DNA of 53,900 nucleotides, filler included, from Sphacelaria rigidula (taxonomy: Eukaryota), in the NCBI GenBank assembly GCA_964200075.2. It is 5 parts of 5 records of this genome, joined end to end, with 100 filler letters (N's around TTAATTAATTAA, not from the genome) between each part and the next. Parts side by side here need not be neighbours in the genome. Positions count along the whole stretch, not along the records: positions 21,601 to 32,300 come from CAXNAA020006062.1; positions 32,401 to 43,100 come from CAXNAA020006063.1; 3 more parts are not named here. One strand, written 5' to 3'. The notes beneath the pieces were generated by a model. It did not search any database, was not told the DNA's origin, and saw only the letters and a program-made list of their open reading frames with translations. Below are positions 25,158 through 36,062 of the stretch, one piece after another (positions within the stretch are counted from its first letter, which is position 1; each line of letters opens with the position of its first letter). Made by a program: the position numbers and the translations under genes.

Positions 25158-28100
25158 TCTTATCTCCGTCCTGATTCACCGACTATGGTGAACGTTTTCT
25201 TGCTACTGTCTCATGTATCAAACGATTTCCTGCCACCCCCATTTACTTTCCGCATTTCCCTCTCCGACACGTCCCGTTCCTCCTTGTATAGTTCGTATTC
25301 TGCCACTATATGACTTCTTCTCTTTACTGCTTCGCCACAAAGCAGTTTTGTGCATCTGCTTCCTCCTCCACTCGACTACCGGTATATCTCTTTTTTCTTC
25401 CTGGCACGTCCAGGTCTCCCCACCCGAAATCACATTTTCAAATTTTCTTCGCCGCGTCCATTGGGCCATTCAGATATGTTTTCATCTCTATCCCCTCTCT
25501 CAACCTCTCGTGTATCTTCAGGTGTTATTCCCCGTCTACATTGCGTCCGATATTTCCCCCCCCCCTCATTTCCATCATGTCTCTTACTTTTGTTTTTTAC
25601 CCCGTACCTTCACGTATGGACAGTATTTCGTCTTGGCTTCCTCCTACCTCCTTCCACACTTTCTCGGGATCTCTATTCCACCTTTTTCCAGTCTGCCGTT
25701 TCGTCACTTTCTTCCATACGATCCTATCAACTGCTGCTGGCCATCTCTTTATTGGCATGTTCCTTACGCTATATTGTCATTTCACTGTTCTCACGTCTCT
25801 ATTCGTTTGAAGTGGGTACAATCTCAACTCTGCTCTCAATGCTGTTTTACTCGTGGTTTCTGAACATCCGAGTATTTTCTGAGCTGTTGTCATCTATACT
25901 GTTTCCAACTTGTTCACCAACTTCACATTCCCTTTCCATACTTTCCCTGCATACTCCAGCTTTGGTACAACCACGTTCATCAGGATACACTTTATGATCC
26001 TGGTATCTGGGTGTGATATATGTGCCCTACCCTTTTCTATTACTTTACATATGTGTGCATCCCAAGAACAGTTGTTTTAGATCTCTATGCCAGGGTATAT
26101 ACAATGGTCTACGATCGGCAGTTCGTCTTCTCCCCATTCCCATTTGTACTCTACCGGATTTTTCTCATCTTCGTTACATTCAAGTACCGCGCTTTCGTTT
26201 ACATTCGCTGTCACTCTCCATTTCCTAGTGTGTTCTGGCGCCTCCTCCATTTGCTTCTGCAATCCTTCTGATGTTTCTGATACCTACACGAAATTATCCG
26301 CGAAAATCAATCCCGATACCGTGTATTCCCACACCTTCACTCCTTACTTAGCTGCTTCTATTGCTATTTTCAGGTCATCAACAAATACCTTGAATAGAGT
26401 GGGTGATAACGTACATCCTAGTGCAACTCCTTGTAAAGTATAAAAAAACTTCGAAATTTCCCCATCTAGCATCATAGCACTGGCGCATTCTGTCGTCTTC
26501 ACCACTCTCCACACTTTTCCCCCTGATCCCACTTTCCCACAACTTTTTCTACAGCCCATTTCTCCATACTGTGCCATAGACCTTTCGAACGTCTCAAGAG
26601 AAAACGTACGTTGTCAGCTCGGCGTCTTTTTTACCTTGGACAATCTTACCTGATATTTACACATGGTCTACCTAACTTCGGCTTGGTCTAAAACCTGCTT
26701 GCCCCTCGCTGTTTTTTTTCTTCCTTTTGAAGGCATCGTTGCCACTCCATCGTTCATAAACATTACGGAATGTTTTCTGTACGGTACTCAGTAGCGTTGT
26801 CCCTCTATAATATCCTTGGCCAGCCTCATATACTTTCTTGAAAAGGTTGACTACTACTCCTTCTCTCCACCTCTTGGGTGCTTACTCGTTCTCGTAGGTC
26901 CAATCGTACAGCATAACCATCATGGTAATCATCCCCTCTCCCCCGTACTTCAGACATTCATTCATCACTTCGTCTAACCATGCCCCGTCTCGAAAGAGTT
27001 GCGTGGTCAATGGCCAAACGACTAAGGCAAGCAACAAATGAGTACGCCCCCCCCCGGCCTACTGACTTTTGTTTTTGAGATTAGCTGCACACTACTTCAC
27101 TAAATCTCTGGTGAGTTCTCTCTGCAGTTCTTTGGAGCCACTATCCTCCCGCTTTGATGCCTCTACGTTTGCCTCTGCCCACGCGTTAAGTTCAGTCTCA
27201 AATTCCGTGTCGAACCTCTTGATAGTTTTTGGTGCTCCTAGTCTACGGTTGTGCTCTACTAGTACTTATATTTTCCCCTTCGAACTACTAACCACGTTAC
27301 CGTTCTCTGCCTGTATTGTGGCGATCCCCTCGTTGATCTCTCCTGCCTAGATTCTTACATCCCTTTTCTCCCTACCCACATTTACTTCTTCCCGCAATCG
27401 AATCTTTATTCGTTTTATTCACTACATCTTCTCATATTCCTCTTTATTTCTTCTCTACCTTATTTTTTACTTCCTTTCGAGCTTTAGTATACTCCTCCAA
27501 TCATACGAGTATCACAGCAATACTCGATACTGTGTTTTTTTGCGTGTGCCTCTCTCCTTACCCTTATACCCTCTTGTACTTCCTCCTCCCACCCTTTTAC
27601 TGCTCTGCTGCATACGGTCAGTTTCTTCTCTATGACCTTACTTGCTGTGGTCTTGACTAATTGCTCCCATCCTTTTATCATCTTCGCTCCTGCCCGGTCC
27701 CTTTTCATTCCAGTGTTAACTGAACTTGCGCTTTCCAACAACTCAGAAAACTTCATCGCATTTTTGGTCGCGTCTTCTTGGAACTCTCGACTGTCTTTCT
27801 TGTATTCCTCGCTTATCTATTCTCCATTTGTACAACTTCCCATCCCGCCTACTTCTTATGGCTCTCGTTGGTTGGCTGTCTGTCCATATAAGGCAATGAT
27901 ATGTGGTTCGCACGTCTTCTGCGCATACGTTGACTTCCATTTCCTTACTAATTCGATACTCTACTACTGTATGGTCAAGAATGGAGCTTTCTGTATTTCC
28001 TCCTTTGCATTTTCTAGTCCATGTATATTGCGTCTTTCGCTTTTGTGCTCTATCGTCCAGCGTCTTTATCTCGCTATTCTCAAGGGACTTCAGCATCTTT

Positions 28101-28642
28101 ACCCCATTGCTCTTTTCTTCCCAGTATTGCCCACTGACTTCATCCGGTTGATTTGCTTTTCCAACCCTTGCATGAAAACCTCCCGCTAACATTACTTCCT
28201 CTAGGCGTTCATACCTATGCATATTTGCTTCTATCTCTCCAAACCTCCTCTGTATATCATGTACCCTACTCTTCGATTCTGGGGGCATATAAATGTTCCC
28301 TACGGAAAAGTGTTTCGTTCCCCGCTCTCCTGATACCTTATCCATATGCTCTCGTCGAATTTGGTCTCTCTGATCATTTCTATCATGTCACACAGGTATT
28401 CCTTGACTAAGAATCATACTCCCCCCGCTCCCCTGTTCTTGGGGTTCTGTCCCTTCCGTGTTTACCCTATCCATGCGTACTCTCTAACTTTGCATCATAT
28501 TTCCGCTCCCTCTCTCTCCCGTGACTCTTGCATTCCCATCACATATAGGTCGCGCTCACTTACTTGTTCGGCTATCTCTACTCCTTTGCGCTCGTCTGTG
28601 GCGATTCCACACACGTTCCACGATCCTATTCTCAACCTCCTT
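25158..28642 (-). mobile_element. Decayed non-LTR retrotransposon (LINE) ORF2: APE endonuclease + reverse transcriptase
   Basis: Minus strand: IGSWNVCG...MQES, GNIYMPP, MLAGGFHARVG, SILDHTVV (APE); QGVALGCTLSPTLFKVFVDDL and GLIFADN (RT). Many stops and frameshifts. The 3' end abuts an (ATT)/(ATGATT)n tail. Confidence 0.9.
26983..27055. repeat. Copy of the ~70-bp G-tailed element, opposite orientation, nested in LINE RT
   Basis: CCGTCTCGAAAGAGTTGCGTGG...GAGTACGCCCCCCCCC splits the LINE peptide KNKSQ/VG...DEVMNECLKYG. Confidence 0.85.
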
Positions 28643-28880
28643 GATTGATTGGTTGATCGATTGATTGTCGCACTTTAACTGACCACCCATGGGTCCAGCC
28701 GCGGTCGCATGATAGACGTACCCAAGAAAAGCAAACTGAAACACTCGCTCAAGAAAAGAAGGAACAAAAAAATGTCGAACAGAACGACATAGTAAACGAG
28801 GACGTGAAGAAAAGAAAAAAAGGAAGAAGATACGAAAAAATCAACAAAAGCAAAGCACAGAAAGAGATGGCCGACCTAAA
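28643..28880 (-). repeat. Dispersed repeat with (ATCA)n-like end, also at 11333-11550
   Basis: Shared GATTGAT...TTGTCGCACTTT...CAGCCG.GGTC...GACGTACC...AAACTGAAACACTCGCT. Confidence 0.7.
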
Positions 28881-30559
28881 AACAAAAAAGGAGCAAAACA
28901 TGAGAAAAAAAAACGGAATAAAATAATTGAAAAGGAAAAAGCCCGAGGGATTCAGGGCAGCACTCCTTTCGAATCATTATCCACTCTCGTTTCGTCTACT
29001 GTTATCCCTCCGTCGCTTTTACTTCCATTCTCCCTTGATCGATTCTTCTTCCCATTTTCGACTTGGTCTTTGTCCATTTGCTTCGGGCCGCTTTGTCTCT
29101 TCCAAGCACTTACCCGCTCCTCTCTCTCTATCCCTCCATTTACCCGTGCACAACGCTCACGTTTGCTGTTCCACTGACTGTGCATACTCTCCAATCCTAC
29201 CCTTCTAACCCATCCCGACGCCTTACTTGTCTCCATCCTTTCCCACTCCTTGCTCGCGCTCTGTTTCAGCGTGACTCGAATGTGTTCTCCCTCCCCTTCT
29301 GCTTTTCCTTTTGCACAGTATAGCCCTACTTCATTGTATTTTCTTGGAACTCTATTCTCGTCATGTCGCTACGGACTCCGAATAGCACTACTGCTACTTT
29401 ACCCGTCCACTCTTTACTTCTCCATCCACTCTTCCTTACCGTCTCTCTCTCGATCTCTTTCGAGACTATCTCCAGCTTGTTCGTCTCAAGTATTGTGGTG
29501 GGATGTAGTCAACGTACTGGGATATCCCAATCCTACACTTGTTGGGGGTCTGGTGCCTTTCAGTTCTTTTGCTAGCTCATCGACACTAAATAATGCCTCC
29601 TACACGGGCTCGTAGCCTGAAGCCAAGTTCAACACCCTTGACACAAGTACCCCATGTTTGTGCCAGGCGATCTTCATCGTAAACCATTCAGGCATCCCAC
29701 GATCGTATCTTCTATCTTCTTGCCCCATGGCTGTACTAGTGACGTTCCTCCAGGGAGGTCATTTTCAACGTGTAAGGTTCAAAGACGGCTTGCGTAAAGA
29801 AGGTCTCACTCACATCGGGATGTCCCGTACATCACTTTTCCCACCCCGTGTACGATTCACCGTGGATCGCTACGCCACCAATGCTTCTGAGTAGACCTTC
29901 GCTGCCGAAAGCTTGACCGACGATTCCCCCGCACTTTGTACCAGCTTCTATCCTTCGAGATTTCAACAAGTCTACGTACGGCTTGGTACTCCTTCTCGTT
30001 GGCCATGTGGTCGGTCATCGGTAAGGTGTTTGTTTCATGAGTGCAGTAGGTCTTGATGTTTACGTCATGCATTATCCACCCCTTTCCTTCATTAGACGCC
30101 TCTGCACATCATATCGGGAATTCCAGGAAAACGTATGACCAGAGTTCCACAGCCCCTGTGGAAACCGAGAAGGTTGTACGGGTATCTCACCGTGAGACAC
30201 GACCTTCATGTGAATTTGACATGTCGGGGTGACCCTATTCTATCTGTACGTGTTATATCTTTTGTATTTTCGGTTTGCATGTAAGGTGGTCAGCCTTCAC
30301 GCTATTACTCACCACACCATGGACAAAAGAATACACCGTTAAAAAGTGTACTGTGTACAGTATCAACCATTGCGCCTATTGTAGCAGGCAATAGATTCCA
30401 TACTGTACGCAGTACATTTTTTTACAATAGAATCTATCGTCCAGGGTGTGTTACTTACATGTCTGAGTTTTGGTTTTATTCATTGTGTTACCTTTGTTAT
30501 GGTATGGGGGGAAGAATCTTGGCTGTTTTCCGTTTTGATAGGGGGAAAAAGAACTGTTT

Positions 30560-31385
30560 TTCTCCCTACTCCATGTCTATGTCCAGGCTATGTTCTGGTT
30601 AATGCGAAAAACACGGTTAGCTTCGTTACTCTATTTTCGTGTCCGGGCTGTGCTCTGGTAGGTTAAAGGAAGAGATTGGTTGCCTCCGTCATTTCATGTC
30701 TATGTGCGGGCTGGTATATGTTGGGTTCAAGAAATTATTGGCTAGCTTCGTCATTTCATGTCCATGTGCGTGTTGTGTTACGTATGAAGTTAAAGAAAAA
30801 GGATGGTTAGCTTCGTCATTTCATGTCTATGTCCGGGATGTGTTATGATAGTCAATCAATCAATCAATCAAAGGTTAAAGGAAAAGGGTGGGTAGTTTTG
30901 TCATTTCCTGCCTGTTTCCAGGCTGTGTTATGGCAGATGAGAGGAAAAGGATCGATGGATTGGTCGTATCATCTCCACGTCCGGGCTGTGTTATGGTAGG
31001 CTATAAGAGAAGGGTGGCTGGCTTCGTCATTTTATGTCTATGTGCGGTCTGTGCTATGGTAGGTTGAAGAATAAGATAGGTTATCTTCGTCATTTCATGT
31101 CTATGCCTGGGCTGTGTTATGGTGGATTGAAGAAAAAGGATGGTTAGCTTCGTCATATCATGTCTATGTCCGGGCTGTGATATGATAGGTTCAAGAAAAA
31201 TGATGGTTCGCTTCGTCATTGCATATCTATATCTGGGCTGTGTTATGGCAAGTAAGAGAAAAAGGATGGCTAGCTTCGTCATTTCAGATCTATGTGCGGG
31301 CTATGTTATGGCAGGTTACAGAAAAAGGATGGCTAGCTTTGTCATTTGATATCTGTGTCCGGGCTGTGTTCTGGTAGCGAAAAAA
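30560..31385. repeat. Tandem satellite, ~59-bp unit, ~13-14 copies
   Basis: Unit GGTTAGCTTCGTCATTTCATGTCTATGTCCGGGCTGTGTTATGGTAGGTTAAAGAAAAAGGAT, interrupted by (TCAA)n at 30852-30871. Confidence 0.9.
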
Positions 31386-32001
31386 CCCGGTAACAGACAC
31401 AAAAAACAGCAGAAAAACAAGGGAAAACAAGAAGGAAAGTAGAAGAAAAAAACAGAGAGAATAAGAAAAGGAAGGAGGACGAGTAAGAAAACTAGAAAAA
31501 AACACTAGAAGAAAAAACGACCAGCTTCGTTTTATCACGTCTGTATCCTGTCTTCGTTTTACTGTAGGGAAGCGAAACTGTTCTTTTGGGTTGTTGCACG
31601 TCTGCTGTGTCTGTTGGTCCAGGGAATTCCTTTGTTTAGGTGCGGTCTCTAGTATATGTACGGTGATAGTCTGTATATTTTACCATGAACCCTATTTCCG
31701 TAGGGTATAGAAAGTACTCGGCATGGCGTTGAATCCAGCAGAAAGGGCTGACCCAGGCTTTCGGGCTGATGGTCATATTTTCCTTGATTGCATGATTAAT
31801 ATGATATGCGGATCACGATCCAATTCATCTGTGTTGATGAGATATGGCTGTGAGAGCTCAACCCTTAGACGGGGAGAGTAGGTCATCTGTAGAATCGGCT
31901 CCAATTTCACTTGAACAAGGTATGCATGGTCCAGGTGTACTACCCTCGTGGTGTGAGAGTTGAATCCGTTTTTAGGCTCGCTCAGCTCGTGTCAGCGAAA
32001 A

Positions 32002-32188
32002 AGAACAGAACCCTGGCTTTCCACGTGGTCCCCTACCATAGTATCAGCCTGGACCGACGCCGCTCAACTTCACAGCGCGGACGGGATGCGGTGCTATCGG
32101 CGGGGGGCGGCTACTCATTTGTCGTTCACCTTGGTCGTCTGACCACTGACCACGCATCCCTTTCGAGACGGAGGGGGTATCGGCGTGG
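32002..32188 (-). rRNA. 5S rRNA-like copy (pseudogene or 5S-derived), interrupted near its 5' end
   Basis: Reverse complement reads CGCCGATAGCACCGCATCCCGTCCGCGCTGTGAAGTTGAGCGGCGTCGGTCCAGGCTGATACTATGGTAGGGGACCACGTGGAAAGCCAGGGTTCTGTTCTTTTT. This is a eukaryotic 5S body with internal control region and T-run terminator. The 5' end is broken by short-element insertions. Confidence 0.8.
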
Positions 32189-32262
32189 CGGGGGGGGGCG
32201 TACTCATTTGTTGCTTGCCTTAGTCGTTTGACCATTGACCACGCATCCCTTTCGAGACGGAG
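32103..32262. repeat. Two adjacent copies of the ~70-bp G-tailed element
   Basis: Copies at ~32103-32172 and ~32189-32261. A further partial copy lies at 32401-32422. Confidence 0.85.
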
Positions 32263-33434
32263 CGCCGGCACACGTTCCAGATTTTCGTCTCAGATTTTGG
32301 NNNNNNNNNNNNNNNNNNNNNNNNNNNNNNNNNNNNNNNNNNNNTTAATTAATTAANNNNNNNNNNNNNNNNNNNNNNNNNNNNNNNNNNNNNNNNNNNN
32401 CCACGCATCCCTTTCGAGACGGAGCAGGGGCAGGGGGGGGGGGTAGCTATGCATCAAAGCAGTGGTGGAGGTCTTTGGTGATTTGGGGGAACATATCGGG
32501 CAAACTACAGCGGCAAGGAGCAGGATTCCTGAGGGCAGCAAACCTCAGTGACAGCAGGACGCCGCCGATGAAGATTTTGGGGTCAGCGGTATTTCCGATT
32601 CGGTTCCATCCAAAGGATAGAATAAGGAAGGTATGGGTTAGGGTGGTCGATGGATTGCCGTACGGGTTCATATCGGGGGCAAGTTTCTTTAGAAGGAACA
32701 AGAGCACACTGTCTTTTGAGGGTCAGTCGGGGTTTCGACCATCACCGGAGGCCCCGTGGGTGAGATTCGTGTCTAATGGCTCACCAAAACTCGGAGCCGT
32801 TAACGACGATCGCCTCACTGGACAGGGAGACTCGGCAGGGTGGGGTCTCTTCTGTGCTGTCAAGCCGAGAGCGCTCAGCGACGACCCGACGGAGGTGTTG
32901 TCGGGAGAGAGCGATCTGGCAGCATGGGATGAGGTATGGAAGAGCCTCGGAGCGGCGTGAGAGGACGACGCTACACTTCAGTGGCCTCTAAGGCTGACGG
33001 AGGACGCACGTTCGGAAGGCTTCGTTAGCGAGCTAGTCCCAGGCTACGTGCGAGATCCTCAACCGCAGGAACGCCAACTCGTGGTGATTGGACCTCGAAA
33101 GTTGTTCGATTTAGATGAGGAAGCTGAGATAGAGGTAGCTAGGGGAGTGCAGTGGTGGGATCCACAGCTACCGTTGGTATGTAAGGTGGTCAACGCGACC
33201 AAGAATGCTCGCCTAGTGAAGAAGGGTATTATAGTGGCGAAAGTTGTGGCCGTGAATGTCCGAGATCACAACCGGTTGCAGAATCTGTACGTGTCCGACT
33301 CGGGCACCACGCTCAAGTCGAAGCTGGAGGATCGAGGGACTCCGCCAGCTCCTCCCCAACCGCCGCCGGAACCGTAGGAAGGGGAGGAAAAGGACACAAC
33401 TGAAGCCACAGGAGTAGATCTCACGGAAGCGAAC

Positions 33435-34830
33435 ATGGGTCAGTTGGGTCCGGGGCAGAAGACACAGCTGTTGTTGTCTATCTTAGGAGACTTCAACGAA
33501 ACAGGACTTTTTGCGGTGGAACCCAAGAAGGTGAAAGCCGCGCGTGGGGAACCGTTACGTCTACGACTGAAAGATCCCCGGTGCAAGCCATTCGCTGCCG
33601 GTACCAGGCGGTACTCACCAGAACAGGAAACAGCTATACAAGACGAAGTTCAGAAACTCGCGGAGCGGGGGGTCATTGAGCCGTCGACGTCCGCATGGGC
33701 AGCGCTTGCGTCACGGTGCGGAAGAAGGACTGTAGTTTACGGTTGTGTCAGGATTATCGTGGGCCAAACGAACTCCTCGAGTTGTATAGCGGTGGTTTGG
33801 GGGATGTGCAGACCATGTATAGTGGCCTGGTGGGATCCAAGTACTTTACGAGTGTCGATTCAGCGAGCGGATTTTTCTAGTTGGACGTGGCGAAGGAGGA
33901 CCGACATCTCATCGCTTTTCGCGACGCGCGGGGGCACTTACGGCAATATCAGCGTTGTGGATTCGGACTCAAGGTATTAGCCGCGACATATCACCGAACA
34001 GTATCCGAAGCGTTGCTGCCAGCGCGGGGTGTCAAGAATTGGTTGGATGATATCTTGTGGCCTAGCGCGACTTTCGCCGGCCACATGGCAGGGTTGAGGG
34101 TTGTGCTCTATTGCCTGCTGAAGGCAGGCATCACTGTGAATTTCCAGAGATCACAGTGGTGCACCCAGCAACGGGACTTCGTGGGGATGACGATCGACGC
34201 GTCGGGAATACGACCTTCTCAGTCTAAGATCGAGGCGAGCGCTCAATTGTTCTTAGGGATGACCGGATATCTGCGGAGGTACACAAAAGGGTACAGCAAT
34301 ATGGCGGCACCACTCACAGACTTGCTGAGGGACCCACGATTCGCCTCCAAGCGAGCCCGGAGGATGGAGATCCCGTTGGGGGGCCAACAGCAACAGGCAT
34401 ACCTCGACTTGAAGAGCGCTCTGATGTCGTATCCGATCTTAGCGTACCCGGATTGGAATGAACAATTCGTGGTACACTCAGACGCTTCAGAGTTCGCAGC
34501 AGGGGCCGCCCTGGCCCAAGAGGCGGATGAGAGGGAGTGGATCATCGAATACGCTAGCCATAGATGGTCTCGAGCGGATGAAGAAAGATCAGCATCAGAG
34601 AGGTAAGTAGTCGCTGTTCTGTGGTCCGTAGAGCGATTCAGATCATATCTATGGGGGCGAGAGTTTACGCTAGTCACGGATTGCAGTGCGTTGGCATGGT
34701 TGTTTCGTAGTCAAAACTTGTCGCTTAAGTTCCACCGGTGGGCGCTGAGATTGATGGAGTATGATATGGTCCTCAAGTGGCGAGCTGGACGCGAACACCA
34801 GTTGCCAGATGCTCTGTCTAGGCTGCAAGG
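33435..34830 (+). pseudogene. pol: Gypsy reverse transcriptase + RNase H, disrupted
   Basis: ORF pieces 33435-33980, 33695-33880, 33881-34606 and 34691 onward carry consecutive RT/RH motifs separated by a frameshift, stops and a short deletion after KIEA. Confidence 0.9.
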
Positions 34831-35083
34831 GAGCCAGCCCAGGGGAAGTGACATTGACGTGTCATTCCCTGACAATGATAACGAAGCGGGACCAGGCGGA
34901 GGGGGAGGACCACAAGGACCCAAACTGGATGGGATGTTGCTGAAGGAACTGGAGGCTGAGTACCCGAAAGAATCCGTAGACCTGATGGCATTGGCGTTGG
35001 GGGAAGTCAGCGCGTGGTATCCACCGGAAACGGGGGAAGGAGTTATCATTGACCCCGAAGACCATATGACCGGACCGGTTAAG

Positions 35084-36062
35084 CAACGACCTCCCGCGTT
35101 GATTGTCCATTGTGGAGGCGGGGGCAACATCCTGGCCGCGGAGAAGTTTTTGAAGGTAGTAGCAGCCACCGATGTAGATTGGAAAGCGTTGGATTGTGTT
35201 AGGGTGAACCAGATTGGAAAGGGAGTCAGGTTGGTACGTACGACTCCGGGGCGCCCTTCTTTCCACAACTTGATGGAGGAGGTACAACCAGAAGTGTTGG
35301 TAGGAGATACGAGTAGGGTTACCCCCGTTGATAAAGGTGCCGGGGAGTCGGAATCCGTAGAAGGTGCCCGAGAATTGGTCGAGTCGTTTCTCTCCTCAGA
35401 GTCAGCGACAACTCTGATCTTGGAGAGTACAGGTGTAAAGGTGCATTCTCCAGGCTAGGAGAAGAGCGTGACTCCGCTACTGAGCAGAGCCGGCTGCCGC
35501 GTCGAGCAGGCATCCGTCTCCGCCGTGCACGTGGGCGCTCCGTATCGGAATAAACGAACCTATGTGGTCGCTCTGAAGGCGGATCAGCAAGGATAAAAAC
35601 CGCTGCGCGCGTGGAAACAGCGGGTGGAAGCATACGCTGTTACCTGCCCCCCGCTGGGTCAGCTATTGGGGCGGACCTACACCTATTTCTTGGAGCCGAC
35701 AGGGCAAGTCAAGGCTATTAACCGTTTCGAGGATCCGTTGCCTAGGTTAACTCGTCCTCGGCTGACGAGAGGGAAACCGCGGCGCGAGGAATTCACCCCC
35801 CACAGGGCGGATGCATGGGTATGGGGGGGGCGTACTCATTTGTTGCTTGCCTTAGTCATTTGACCATTGACCACGCACCCCTTTCGAGACGGATGCAGGG
35901 GTACGGGAGGAAGCGGTAGAGTTAGAAAGAGTCGATTTTGTGAAAGTCGCGACCACCCTCGACTATTGCGAGATCCCACCCACGGTGAACCCCGATGCGA
36001 TGTCAGATATTGTAGCTGATTTCGCTCATCCGTGGATGATGGGGGTGGTTTTATCGAGCTTG
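35084..36062 (+). pseudogene. C5 cytosine DNA methyltransferase-like domain embedded in Gypsy pol (catalytic PC absent)
   Basis: Motifs in canonical order: I ALIVHCGGGG; II VVAATDVDWKALDCVRVN; IV position PEVLVGDTSR; VI TLILEST; VIII AGCRVEQASVSAVHVGAPYRNKRTYVVA; IX/X LERVDFVKVA...DIVADFAHPWMMGVVL. Requires reading through stops at 35456 and 35594 and removing an 82-bp insertion. Confidence 0.72.
35816..35897. mobile_element. ~70-bp G-tailed short interspersed element with 8-bp TSD (CGGATGCA)
   Basis: Consensus (G)nCGTACTCATTTGTTGCTTGCCTTAGTCRTTTGACCATTGACCACGCATCCCTTTCGAGACGG. Removing it restores the pol frame. Confidence 0.85.

Noticed and set aside
25213-25997. Several 166-216-aa plus-strand ORFs
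   Set aside because: Antisense shadows of the purine-rich minus-strand LINE.
28960-30070. Possible LINE ORF1 / SGNH esterase upstream of ORF2
   Set aside because: Position and strand bias fit, but no convincing motif could be read through the frameshifts.
32240-32422. Apparent continuity of pieces 3 and 4, with the same repeat on both sides of the linker
   Set aside because: The repeat is highly abundant and its flanks differ, so this is not evidence of adjacency.
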